Virus record (IMG/VR): IMGVR_UViG_2778261532_000011
DNA from: a virus
Taxonomy: Duplodnaviria > Heunggongvirae > Uroviricota > Caudoviricetes
Length of the DNA: 10,172 nt
Direction: 5' to 3' (one strand)
Shown in pieces: positions 1-7,870 of the stretch. Position numbers and translations under genes: made by a program. The stretch's first letter is position 1, and each line of letters begins with the position of its first letter. Under the pieces are notes generated by a model. The model made no database searches. It had not been told where the DNA came from and saw only the letters and a list, made by a program, of their open reading frames with translations.

Positions 1-276
1 TGGGAGCAGTATGAACACTTGGCAAAATGGCTTATTTATTTCGGTAGTTTATTTGAAGTAAAAGGAACCAATTTTGAGAAAAAATACATACATGCGGTTG
101 AGCACTCAATGACTAATATGAATAAACCTTACGAAACAGGCTGCTCATGGCGAGCATATCTAGCCTGGAAAACAAAATGGCCTTCACTGACAGCATCTAA
201 CCGCTCTCTTATTAAGAATGAGATGGAAGATATCCCGCTACAACAGATTCACGATATTATATCTAAGTTTATATAG
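1..276 (+). CDS. 3' end of a CDS entering from the left edge (partial); product unknown, speculatively the C-terminal nuclease region of a type III restriction Res-like subunit
   Basis: Frame 1 is open from nt 1 (W-E-Q-Y-E-H...) with no in-frame stop before TAG at 274-276, so the TTG at 19 in the ORF track is probably internal. GC of nt 1-120 counted by hand is about 35 percent, visibly lower than the rest of the window. An F-E-V-K about 70 residues from the C-terminus is compatible with the (D/E)xK half of a PD-(D/E)xK nuclease motif; the PD half would lie outside the window. Functional identity is a guess. Confidence 0.55.
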   Translation, partial: WEQYEHLAKWLIYFGSLFEVKGTNFEKKYIHAVEHSMTNMNKPYETGCSWRAYLAWKTKWPSLTASNRSLIKNEMEDIPLQQIHDIISKFI

Positions 277-285
277 TATATTTAT

Positions 286-312
286 CTCCGGCCTAATCTC
301 CCTAGGCCGGAG
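286..312. terminator. Hairpin between convergent genes; putative bidirectional transcription terminator
   Basis: Perfect 10-bp inverted repeat CTCCGGCCTA (286-295) / TAGGCCGGAG (303-312) with a 7-nt loop, lying 9 nt after the plus-strand stop (274-276) and 5 nt before the minus-strand stop (318-320). Flanks are A/T-rich but there is no clean U-run on either side. Confidence 0.5.
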
Positions 313-317
313 AGTTC

Positions 318-566
318 TTAATCAGCATTCAGAAGCAATGCGTTATCTATGATGATCTGCTCCCATTCTTCGAATGCCCGGTCGCGGACACCTTGGGGAA
401 CACTGTTAGTTTTGAAATCGACGACCGTCCGCCATTTCCCGTCCGGGCGGTACATGCGCAGAGCTTTACTTCCCCCTTCCCTGCGCACCTCAACGTTGTG
501 CTTGTCAGCAAACTCTTGTAATGCTCGTAGCGTCCCATGCTTTACTGTGTAGTATCGCTTTTTCAA
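318..566 (-). CDS. lxc: 82-aa small protein with TTG start; probably Lxc/Bof-like modulator of C1 repressor in P1-type phages
   Basis: ORF of 82 codons plus TAA stop (318-320). The start is TTG at 566-564, preceded by GGAGAG about 6 nt upstream. The start overlaps the upstream gene's TGA stop (TTGA overlap at 563-566). I recall P1 bof/lxc as an 82-codon TTG-initiated gene, and the position downstream of a darB-like gene fits recalled P1 gene order. Assignment is by size, start codon and synteny, not by sequence comparison. Confidence 0.55.
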   Translation of the reverse strand: MKKRYYTVKHGTLRALQEFADKHNVEVRREGGSKALRMYRPDGKWRTVVDFKTNSVPQGVRDRAFEEWEQIIIDNALLLNAD

Positions 567-1003
567 GTTTTCTCTCCAGCCTGTGCCAAGGCTTCAACTT
601 CCAAATCGTAAGACTCAAACTCATAGTCCTGGTCGTCAACCTCTTCAGGCACTGGCAGTAAATGCCAGGCTGAGTATATCTGACCATTATCAAAACGCTC
701 CTGGCTGTAGAGCGTCGCGGCTATGAGCGTCAGCGCCGGACGGTCATAACGGTAAATTTTGCGAACGTCACGGTCAACGAGACGACCGAAATTACCATAA
801 CCGCGCTCCAGTAATAATTTTTTAATTTCCGGCCAGTATGGACCATAGCTGCGGTACAGGCGGGGATTTTTCAGTAATCGCCCGCGTAGCCCTGACAGGA
901 AGAAATCAACGTATTCGTCTTCTGTCTTTCCTAACAACGCTGTACGGAGTACCGCCTCAAGATATGTTTTATTCGGTTTTATTGTATCAGATAGTGTGGC
1001 CAT
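563..1003 (-). CDS. 146-aa hypothetical protein with acidic C-terminal tail, co-directional with and immediately downstream of the darB-like gene (Ulx position in P1 gene order)
   Basis: ATG at 1003-1001, TGA stop at 565-563, no internal stops. It is translationally coupled to the 82-aa gene. The C-terminus is acidic (EEVDDQDYEFESYDLEVEALAQAGEKT). I recognise no catalytic motif. Confidence 0.6.
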   Translation of the reverse strand: MATLSDTIKPNKTYLEAVLRTALLGKTEDEYVDFFLSGLRGRLLKNPRLYRSYGPYWPEIKKLLLERGYGNFGRLVDRDVRKIYRYDRPALTLIAATLYSQERFDNGQIYSAWHLLPVPEEVDDQDYEFESYDLEVEALAQAGEKT

Positions 1004-1012
1004 ATTATGCGA

Positions 1013-1030
1013 CGCCCGGCGAACCGGGCG
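1013..1030 (-). promoter_or_regulatory. RNA hairpin (7-bp GC stem, UUCG loop on the minus-strand transcript) between an AGGAG Shine-Dalgarno-like sequence and the ATG of the 146-aa gene
   Basis: Plus-strand CGCCCGG (1013-1019), CGAA (1020-1023), CCGGGCG (1024-1030). On the minus-strand mRNA this reads UAA(darB stop)-CAGGAG-CGCCCGG-UUCG-CCGGGCG-UCGCAUAAU-AUG. The linear distance from AGGAG to AUG is about 27 nt, which is too long unless the hairpin forms. Confidence 0.5.
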
Positions 1031-1036
1031 CTCCTG

Positions 1037-4000
1037 TTATGCGTATTGTTGGATGACGGCCAGAACGTCCGCCACGTTGTGTTTTGTCTCGATAATCCAC
1101 CAGTTACCCGGGAAATCGCTGTTCTTCGCCTTCGCTGGCAGCCAGCGAGCGCCGAATTTCGCCTTGATTGCGTCTTTCGCACGGAAAAGAACGCCTTTCA
1201 TGCCTGAGGCTTCCTGAAGCCCAAATACCTCGCCAGCGGCGAATTTCGGTGCGTACATCATCTTCAGGTCGGCGGTGGATACGCGATAATTCAGACCAAG
1301 AGACTGAGCTATGCTGGTGGCATCACCCTGTATTGATGATAACTCTTCTTGTTTCTCGTTTCTGGCGGCAATTTCTTCCTCCGTGATGTTGCCAAGGGCC
1401 AGGTTTATCCGATCAGCGTCTGCCTGTTTCTCTTCATCGGTGCGCCCGGAAAGTACCGTGTTAATTCTGTGCAATATCTCCACATGGTTCTTGCGCATGC
1501 TGAGCAATTCCGGCGTAACCTCGTTAAGGTCCACCAGCCCAAGGATGGCAAGGTCGGAAAACATTGATACCAGGTTGTAGGTCATGCGATAGCTGAGTTG
1601 GCCATAGGCTGATGGCAACTGCACCGCATCCATTTGATAGGCATCCATAAATTTAGAGCCGTCGTTTACGACATCCGCAATTGCCGGTGTGATTTTCCCT
1701 GTGGCGGCGGCCTCCCTGATTGCTGTTACCCACGATTGAGTCAGCGCGGCGACTGCATGATTCAGATTGGCTTTCCGTTCTGCTGCAATGCGCGCGCTTG
1801 CTGCGTCCATTGCCTGCTTGATCTCGTCTTTATTGCTGTAAATGCCAATGGGGCCAAACTGTGTTGTGGTGATCTCATAATCTGACGCCCGGAACTCATT
1901 GGTACCGAAAATGGCATTGGTGACCTCAAGTTCAGAATCCCCGTTACGAGTAGCCCCCTGGCTTGTTTTCTCCGGCATTTTTGCGATCGCATCCGCTATG
2001 TTCTCCTGAATTGCTTCAGGGGATAGCGTATCTCCGTATGACGCGATTACATCGCCATAATTGGAACCAAACAGTTCAACCAGGAATGCTTCTGCCAAAC
2101 GGACCTGGCGGTTATTCCCTTCAGACATCATACCAAGCACCCATTTTGCAATTGACGACTTCAGCGCGCCGTCACGGCGATCCGGGTAAACCGCATGCTT
2201 CAGTGGGTCCGTATAGGTACCAACAAAATCAATGCTATAGCCTGACTCTGTAGTCTGAACGCCGTATGAGTCAGTGATTTTGATCATGCCGCGCTGCTGG
2301 AAACGGTAGAAATCGTCACAGGAAATGATGTCGTTAATCCCGGCGATGGAGACGCCACCACTGATTTTCTGCATAACAGCATCTTCATCGGGAGTTACAT
2401 CAACCTGTTTATCCAGCGTCTTCACATCCCAGTTACCCGATTTGGTGCCTTTGAAGGTAAAGATGATCTCCACGTCTGCGCGCTGGCTGTCGAAGTCCAG
2501 CGACTTAATGCGAACGATATCACCGGCACAATCGTAGTATTGGCCTACACGCCATGAGCGATCGCCGATAACAAGGAACTCATTCGCATGGTTAACCAGA
2601 TCAGGATCAACATCCAGAATGCCTTTATTTATTGCATCCTCCACCAGCGGGCGCAGGCGTTTGATATCCGTCGCGGCCTTCTGAGTACGGTTCAATAATT
2701 TCTCATAGCGGGAGATGGCCTGAGAGATATTAGCCTTGCGCTGAATGGCGCTTTTCAACGACGCGCGATACTGTGCTAACAACGTACGGTCTGTGTGATG
2801 GACGCTACCCCAGCGGGCCTTCCAGTCTGCGTTATCAGCTGCTTTGGCCATTACCGCCTGTTTGAATTTAGCTACCTCGGCGGTGGTCTTTTCAAGTTCC
2901 GCTTTGCTTCGCTCTAATTCAGCGGTAAGTACCTCCACATCCTCGCCAGCTGCGTGCTGCGCCTTGATGTAGTTCTGAAGGTCGATAGTAGCCTGTTCTT
3001 TCTGGCGAGCGCGTTGCGCGGCTTTCGCCTTATCCATTTGAACCTGCATCATTGCCAGACGTTCGCCATCATCCTTAGCGGTATACATCTGCATTTCGAT
3101 CATATCGTTGGCGTCGGCGTTCTCCATTTCAGACTTATCTGAGCGGAGGATATCGGAGATCCAGCCTGCTTTACGCTTCAGCGTCTTCAGTCGGTATTCA
3201 TCGAAAGAACCCTTGCCGCAGTAGTAGTGAACGCGAACGCTTGCACGGTTGGAACCAACTCGGGCACCGCGACCGTTACGCTGTGCGATACTGGCTGGTG
3301 TCCATGGCAACGTCAGATGATGGATGTCAGTCGTTCCTCGATGCAGGTTGATACCCACCTCTGCCTTTTTGTTGCAGATGATGATCGGAGTCCGGCCCTC
3401 CTGGAAGTCGGCAGCAATCTTTTCCAGCCCGCCCAGCGACATTTCATTTTGCTGCGCGATATAGGCGTCATACAGAGCCATTTGCTCGTTGTATTTCGCT
3501 ATCTGTGCATCTGTTGGTTCATCCGGTAGCTCTTTCGGCGGTTTAACCGCTTTCAGTTTCTTACCGGTTTTACCTGCCTCGGCAACCGTCTGAGCATTCA
3601 GGATCCCCACCTTTGAAGGTTCAAGGTTAAGAGCATTGCAGATAATGCGCTTGAGCTTCTGGTGCTGCGTTTTTTCGTCCGTGAAGATGATTTGCTTACC
3701 TTCCGGGAAAAACTCCTTCAGCGTGGCGATCAGCTTCGCGTATTTGGGCGTAACGGGGTGAGTTACGGTCTGTTCGTCAATGCCAAACTTGGCCAAGCGC
3801 TTATTCACTTCCTGCTCGAACGCTTCCGGAACCTGCAACTGAATAAACTCGCCCTTATCTATCAGGGAGTATTGCGATTGCTGCGTGATTGAATCATCAC
3901 TGTCGTCGTCTTCGCTGGTGGCTTGTTTGGGCAAACTGTCCGCCAGCTGCTGCACCGCATCGGCGTACTCCGGCAGGAAACGATAGGTGATCCGGCGATA

Positions 4001-7000
4001 GTACAGGTCCATGTCAGTACATACGCGGTCCATATCCCTGATTATTGAGAAGATCGGACGGGCTTTCTCGTGCTCAATCACTCCGTCTTCATCGACCGAG
4101 GTCGTTACGCCATTGTTGGCTTTGGCCGCCGCTTCCGCCTGCTGACGCAATTCTTCATACGCCGCCAGTTGTTCTTCAGTAAGTGGTGCATCCTGCTGGT
4201 GTTCGTCCAGCTCCGGGATCTCCACGGTATCCTTAACGTCTTCCGCCGTTTTAAGCGTTACCCAGCGATGGAATATACCGCGCAGCGCATCAAGGTTTTC
4301 AAAGCCCACCAGCGCCATTTTTTCTTCAACTTCACCGCTAATTTTCTGTACCGTTTCCAGCCTGGTCTTGCCGAAGAATTTAACGAAGTCATCAGGACCG
4401 TAGATCCCCATCTTCTGCCAGTATTCCTTCGGCAGAACATGAGAAAGCATGTTGTATGCATCGATCGGGGTGTTAACGACTGGCGTTGCAGTCAGAAGAA
4501 CCGGCCCGCGCCCGCCATTCTTTTTCATCAGGTACGCGTTTTTAATTGCCATATCCCGCGCCGATTGCGCCACCGCGCTGGTGGGCAGATAGGCCAGTTG
4601 TGACGCTTCGCGACCATTTTTATAGCTATTGCGGTAGTTGTGGCCTTCGTCGGCGATCACGCTGTCGAAGCCCATATCCTCAAAGTACGGATACTTCTCT
4701 GCTTTTTCGGTACCGGTATCTGAATACTCCGACAATACCCGGCGACGCGCTGCCTCTTTGCGGTGGGAGTCGGAGTCCATTGCGCTGGCTACGCGCCCGG
4801 CGGCAACGAAGTCATAAAGCATATCCTGTGCATGCTCATCTACGGTGTCATCACGTAGCGGAATGCGGGCGTATTGCTCTTTGGTAAACACGACTGCACG
4901 GTAATTTGAGTGCGGTATCGCGTTCATCCGCGCCGTGATAGTGGCTTCATCTGCCAGCTTAAGGGCATCGCGCATAAGTGGAGTGCCATCAGCACCAAGG
5001 ACAGGTTTACCGTTCTCATCGAGCACCGGCACCTGGCGAATCTGATCGCCATCCATCAGCACATCAAGACCGACGAACAGGTAGTTACTGAATGCCTCTT
5101 CACTCAGGAATTCTTTTGCTTCGTAATACCAGTTTTCCAGCACTGATTTAGGCACTACATACGCAGTACGGGTGGAGCGACCGTTCTCATAGTTGAACGC
5201 CTCAAGCGCCAGCGCGGTCGTGGTTTTACCCAGCCCGGTGCCGAAGCCCAGGATGCCGCGCCCATCTTCGGACAGTCGGCGCACCTCGCTATTCTGGTAA
5301 TCAAATGGCTGGCGCTTACCGCTTAATCCCTTCAACCCAAGCGGATCGCCAGAGTGTTCATACGGGATATTGCTATTGAACACATCGTTGTATTTGGCAA
5401 CCAGCTCATCGTAGCGATCGTGCGTCTTGATCCACTTATTGAACTGGTCCTCAAGCAGTGCCATCTGCTCGCGGTAGCCGTTCGCCGTCGCGCTATCTTT
5501 GCCACCGATACGCGCACCATTGAGATACTTTTCCAGCTGTGCCGGGAACCCGGTCGCGTTTTCACCTGATTTACGGTCCCACTCGTAGCGGATCTCGCCT
5601 GTTTCTTTATCCTTGCGCTGGACGACACCGTATCGGTGCCCGACGAACAGACCATCACCACCGTGATAGGTGTCAGAAACCATTTCGTCGCCTTCCAGCT
5701 GCACTGACTGCACATAGCGCAGATCCGGATAGCCGTTTTCCTGCAAAAACTCCAGAATGACGGAGCGGTCGAACCAACGGCTATTGAGCTTAAAGCGGAT
5801 ATTCTCTGCTGGCGTCTTGATGCGCTTCTCTTCGATCGCTGCCAGCTGATTAAGGACGTTGTTCTTTACTGGACCGTCGGGGAGTGTGGCAAGGAATTCC
5901 TGTTTTGGAGCCACTATCTCGTTAATGTCGCCGCTGGTGGCGCGGGCGAACGGAACAATCCCGCCATACGGTGAAACCGCAATGCCAGGGGTGCTGGCCA
6001 ATAAATTAAGCAACTCGTCATCACTGGCTGGCAGTTCGCCGGTAAACGCAAGGCGGAAATCATCGAGCTGGATTGGATCGCGAGTGAGATCACTGTAGAG
6101 ATAACGCAGGGTGTCCTGATAGCTGGTGGAGTCATAACTGGCGCTGGAATCATGCGTAACCAGTTTTCCTGTCAGCTCGTCAGAAATAGTGCCATCCAGC
6201 TTAATTGCACCACGGAAAGCAAACCAGGCGCGCGCACCGCTCCCCGATAATTTCGCTATCGGACCGCGACCGGGGTTACCAAAACGGTCAATCTCTGCCT
6301 GCAAACGGGATACCAGAGAAAGGCGCTGCTGTTCGATTTGTTCAGCACTATGCCCGGCGGCCTTCATGTCCTGATATTCAATTAACATCCGGCCAATCAT
6401 CGCCCCGCGATACAAGCGTTCACGGTATTTTTCAGGCTGGCTGTTAATCCAGTCCACCAGCTGCACCATATCGTCGCTGATTGATGTGGTGTACTTATCG
6501 CGGACATTTGCCATCTGGGTAAATGTCATGCCGAGACGGCCTTCTGTTGTAGTCAGGTTACGCTGAAGAGCCTCCCAGCTATCCGCGCCATAACTGGCAG
6601 CATCGATCTTAAGTTCCTTCCCGGCATCAGCTTCAATCCAGCGACCACCAGCATATTTTTGCCATACGCCATTAATCAGGCGCATTTCCCCTTCACCAAC
6701 AACGTCTGCGGTCGGTGACGGTTCAGCCATATCGAGCAAAGACCAGTCGATACGGCTTTCGAAACGATGAATCAGCTTCGCTTTAAGAGCCTGGTTATCA
6801 ATCTGACCGTCGGCACGAACCTCAATACGCCCCTGGAAGCCCTTTTCCTGGGTGCCATGAACAAACCGGCGGCCGTCCTTTTCAAACCACTTGCCAGAAA
6901 TAAACGTTGGCCAAAGCACATTTGCCAATTCAAGAGTGCTCTCATCCACCAGGGGGATTTTCTCAGCCATCTCTGCCGGATGTTTGCGCATCAGCACCAC

Positions 7001-7804
7001 ATCTACGACCGTACTGGTCCCGTTTGCGTCAAAAGTACCGGTAGGCAAGCGGTGAGCGCCAAGAAATTCAGCTTTACGGGATAGGCGCAGGCGCAACCGC
7101 TTCATGTTTGAACCTGAAACAATGGACGGCGGCACAATCACACACATGAATCCGCCTGGCTTTATCTTGTCCAGCATGCGGAGCATGAAGTAAGACCCCA
7201 TGTCCGTTTCTTCTGCGTAAGGCTTATCGATGTTGCGTGTGTTATCACGACCACCGAACGGAACGTTACCCACAACATGGTCGAATGAATCGTTAGGCGT
7301 GCTTACAGCCAGCTGTTCGAACGGGGAAATCTGTACGCTGTCTTCCGGGTGTAACAGCTGGTTTATACGACCGGAAACACTGCTGATCTCAGTCGCGGTC
7401 ATCACCGTACCAACCGGTTTTGTCTCATTAAAAACGCCGGTGCCCGCCGATGGTTCCAGAGTGTTACCTACGTCCGCGCCGTAGAGCTTCATGATCTCCC
7501 AGACACCTTCAGCGATCGGCTTTGGTGTGTAATATTCGGAGACGGACCCGCCAATGCCGCCTTCGCCGGTGTACCCAGCCAGGATCTGGCGCTGTTCATC
7601 TGTCAGTGTCGCGCCGTCCACCAGCGAATTAAGCAAATCTATCGCCTTCTGATTCGCCTCCCGGCGTAGTCGGTCATAGCTTTTGCCTTCCACCTTTTCC
7701 ACGCCGTATCTAATCGGCGCTCGATGAGATGTTATTGCCCTAATGTATTTCAATATTTCGCTGACACTTGAACAGCGAAACACCCCCATAGATAGCTTTT
7801 TCAT
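1037..7804 (-). CDS. darB: 2255-aa multidomain protein: N-terminal gamma-class N6-adenine methyltransferase domain plus central SNF2-family (SF2) ATPase/helicase plus coiled-coil and unassigned C-terminal region; DarB-like phage antirestriction protein
   Basis: Single uninterrupted ORF; ATG at 7804-7802 preceded by AAGGA (7815-7811) 6 nt upstream; TAA stop at 1039-1037. Methyltransferase motifs in gamma order: YYTP (aa 91-94), LEPSAGTGVF (aa 116-125), FDHVVGNVPFGG (aa 174-185). SNF2 motifs: PFDYQ (aa 833-837), GILGFGTGLGKTTTA (aa 851-865), DEGHNYRN (aa 1052-1059), LLTATPVVNTPIDAYNML (aa 1103-1120), IIICNKKAEVGINL (aa 1474-1487), QRNGRGARVG (aa 1508-1517). The length equals my recollection of P1 DarB (2255 aa), which is described as a methyltransferase/helicase fusion. 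Confidence 0.9.
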   Translation of the reverse strand: MKKLSMGVFRCSSVSEILKYIRAITSHRAPIRYGVEKVEGKSYDRLRREANQKAIDLLNSLVDGATLTDEQRQILAGYTGEGGIGGSVSEYYTPKPIAEGVWEIMKLYGADVGNTLEPSAGTGVFNETKPVGTVMTATEISSVSGRINQLLHPEDSVQISPFEQLAVSTPNDSFDHVVGNVPFGGRDNTRNIDKPYAEETDMGSYFMLRMLDKIKPGGFMCVIVPPSIVSGSNMKRLRLRLSRKAEFLGAHRLPTGTFDANGTSTVVDVVLMRKHPAEMAEKIPLVDESTLELANVLWPTFISGKWFEKDGRRFVHGTQEKGFQGRIEVRADGQIDNQALKAKLIHRFESRIDWSLLDMAEPSPTADVVGEGEMRLINGVWQKYAGGRWIEADAGKELKIDAASYGADSWEALQRNLTTTEGRLGMTFTQMANVRDKYTTSISDDMVQLVDWINSQPEKYRERLYRGAMIGRMLIEYQDMKAAGHSAEQIEQQRLSLVSRLQAEIDRFGNPGRGPIAKLSGSGARAWFAFRGAIKLDGTISDELTGKLVTHDSSASYDSTSYQDTLRYLYSDLTRDPIQLDDFRLAFTGELPASDDELLNLLASTPGIAVSPYGGIVPFARATSGDINEIVAPKQEFLATLPDGPVKNNVLNQLAAIEEKRIKTPAENIRFKLNSRWFDRSVILEFLQENGYPDLRYVQSVQLEGDEMVSDTYHGGDGLFVGHRYGVVQRKDKETGEIRYEWDRKSGENATGFPAQLEKYLNGARIGGKDSATANGYREQMALLEDQFNKWIKTHDRYDELVAKYNDVFNSNIPYEHSGDPLGLKGLSGKRQPFDYQNSEVRRLSEDGRGILGFGTGLGKTTTALALEAFNYENGRSTRTAYVVPKSVLENWYYEAKEFLSEEAFSNYLFVGLDVLMDGDQIRQVPVLDENGKPVLGADGTPLMRDALKLADEATITARMNAIPHSNYRAVVFTKEQYARIPLRDDTVDEHAQDMLYDFVAAGRVASAMDSDSHRKEAARRRVLSEYSDTGTEKAEKYPYFEDMGFDSVIADEGHNYRNSYKNGREASQLAYLPTSAVAQSARDMAIKNAYLMKKNGGRGPVLLTATPVVNTPIDAYNMLSHVLPKEYWQKMGIYGPDDFVKFFGKTRLETVQKISGEVEEKMALVGFENLDALRGIFHRWVTLKTAEDVKDTVEIPELDEHQQDAPLTEEQLAAYEELRQQAEAAAKANNGVTTSVDEDGVIEHEKARPIFSIIRDMDRVCTDMDLYYRRITYRFLPEYADAVQQLADSLPKQATSEDDDSDDSITQQSQYSLIDKGEFIQLQVPEAFEQEVNKRLAKFGIDEQTVTHPVTPKYAKLIATLKEFFPEGKQIIFTDEKTQHQKLKRIICNALNLEPSKVGILNAQTVAEAGKTGKKLKAVKPPKELPDEPTDAQIAKYNEQMALYDAYIAQQNEMSLGGLEKIAADFQEGRTPIIICNKKAEVGINLHRGTTDIHHLTLPWTPASIAQRNGRGARVGSNRASVRVHYYCGKGSFDEYRLKTLKRKAGWISDILRSDKSEMENADANDMIEMQMYTAKDDGERLAMMQVQMDKAKAAQRARQKEQATIDLQNYIKAQHAAGEDVEVLTAELERSKAELEKTTAEVAKFKQAVMAKAADNADWKARWGSVHHTDRTLLAQYRASLKSAIQRKANISQAISRYEKLLNRTQKAATDIKRLRPLVEDAINKGILDVDPDLVNHANEFLVIGDRSWRVGQYYDCAGDIVRIKSLDFDSQRADVEIIFTFKGTKSGNWDVKTLDKQVDVTPDEDAVMQKISGGVSIAGINDIISCDDFYRFQQRGMIKITDSYGVQTTESGYSIDFVGTYTDPLKHAVYPDRRDGALKSSIAKWVLGMMSEGNNRQVRLAEAFLVELFGSNYGDVIASYGDTLSPEAIQENIADAIAKMPEKTSQGATRNGDSELEVTNAIFGTNEFRASDYEITTTQFGPIGIYSNKDEIKQAMDAASARIAAERKANLNHAVAALTQSWVTAIREAAATGKITPAIADVVNDGSKFMDAYQMDAVQLPSAYGQLSYRMTYNLVSMFSDLAILGLVDLNEVTPELLSMRKNHVEILHRINTVLSGRTDEEKQADADRINLALGNITEEEIAARNEKQEELSSIQGDATSIAQSLGLNYRVSTADLKMMYAPKFAAGEVFGLQEASGMKGVLFRAKDAIKAKFGARWLPAKAKNSDFPGNWWIIETKHNVADVLAVIQQYA
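2645..3082 (-). other. Predicted coiled-coil / charged helical segment of the large protein (approx. aa 1575-1720)
   Basis: Run rich in A/E/K/Q/R with heptad-like spacing (ERLAMMQVQMDKAKAAQRARQKEQATIDLQNYIKAQ...AELERSKAELEKTTAEVAKFKQAVMAKAADNADWKARW). Judged by eye only. Confidence 0.4.
3215..5317 (-). other. SNF2-family ATPase/helicase core of the large protein (approx. aa 830-1530)
   Basis: Walker A GTGLGKT encoded at nt 5222-5245 and DEGH at nt 4640-4651, both verified by reverse-complementing the sequence. SNF2-type motif III (LLTATPxxNTPxDxYNML) and motif VI (QRNGRGAR) are present. There is a long insertion between the two RecA-like lobes (aa about 1130-1360). Borders are approximate. 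Confidence 0.75.
6980..7543 (-). other. N6-adenine methyltransferase domain of the large protein (approx. aa 88-275)
   Basis: Motif X-like YYTP, AdoMet-binding motif I EPSAGTG (nt 7430-7459), and catalytic motif IV position reading N-V-P-F (within nt 7253-7273) instead of the canonical (D/N/S)PP(Y/F/W). Domain borders are approximate. Confidence 0.7.
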
Positions 7805-7814
7805 TGGTAATCCT

Positions 7815-7835
7815 TAACAAGTGACTAGTGTTAAA
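7815..7835. promoter_or_regulatory. Palindromic element in the 75-bp divergent intergenic region between the darB-like and portal-like genes; candidate operator or late-promoter element
   Basis: TTAACA (7815-7820) and TGTTAA (7830-7835) are inverted repeats flanking AGTGACTAGTG, which contains the ACTAGT palindrome. The element overlaps the darB-like Shine-Dalgarno (7811-7815) and lies about 45 nt upstream of the portal-like TTG start. No convincing sigma70 -35/-10 pair is visible in either direction. Confidence 0.35.
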
Positions 7836-7870
7836 TTCCGTTCAAACACGATGCGAATTATTCTAATTAA

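Noticed and set aside
347-693. Alternative-frame ORFs 347..538 (-), 349..552 (+) and 505..693 (-) overlapping the 82-aa gene
   Set aside because: They overlap the better-supported 82-aa and 146-aa genes, which have an RBS, stop/start coupling and a terminator downstream. Their translations are low-complexity and rich in S/R/T.
4070-4603. 177-aa plus-strand ORF and other 60-130 aa ORFs (e.g. 1963..2253, 3227..3529, 5332..5715, 6767..7084, 7230..7484) lying within the giant gene
   Set aside because: All lie antisense to or out of frame with a 6.77 kb ORF that carries clear methyltransferase and SNF2 motifs. They are shadow ORFs of GC-rich coding sequence with no RBS or motif support.
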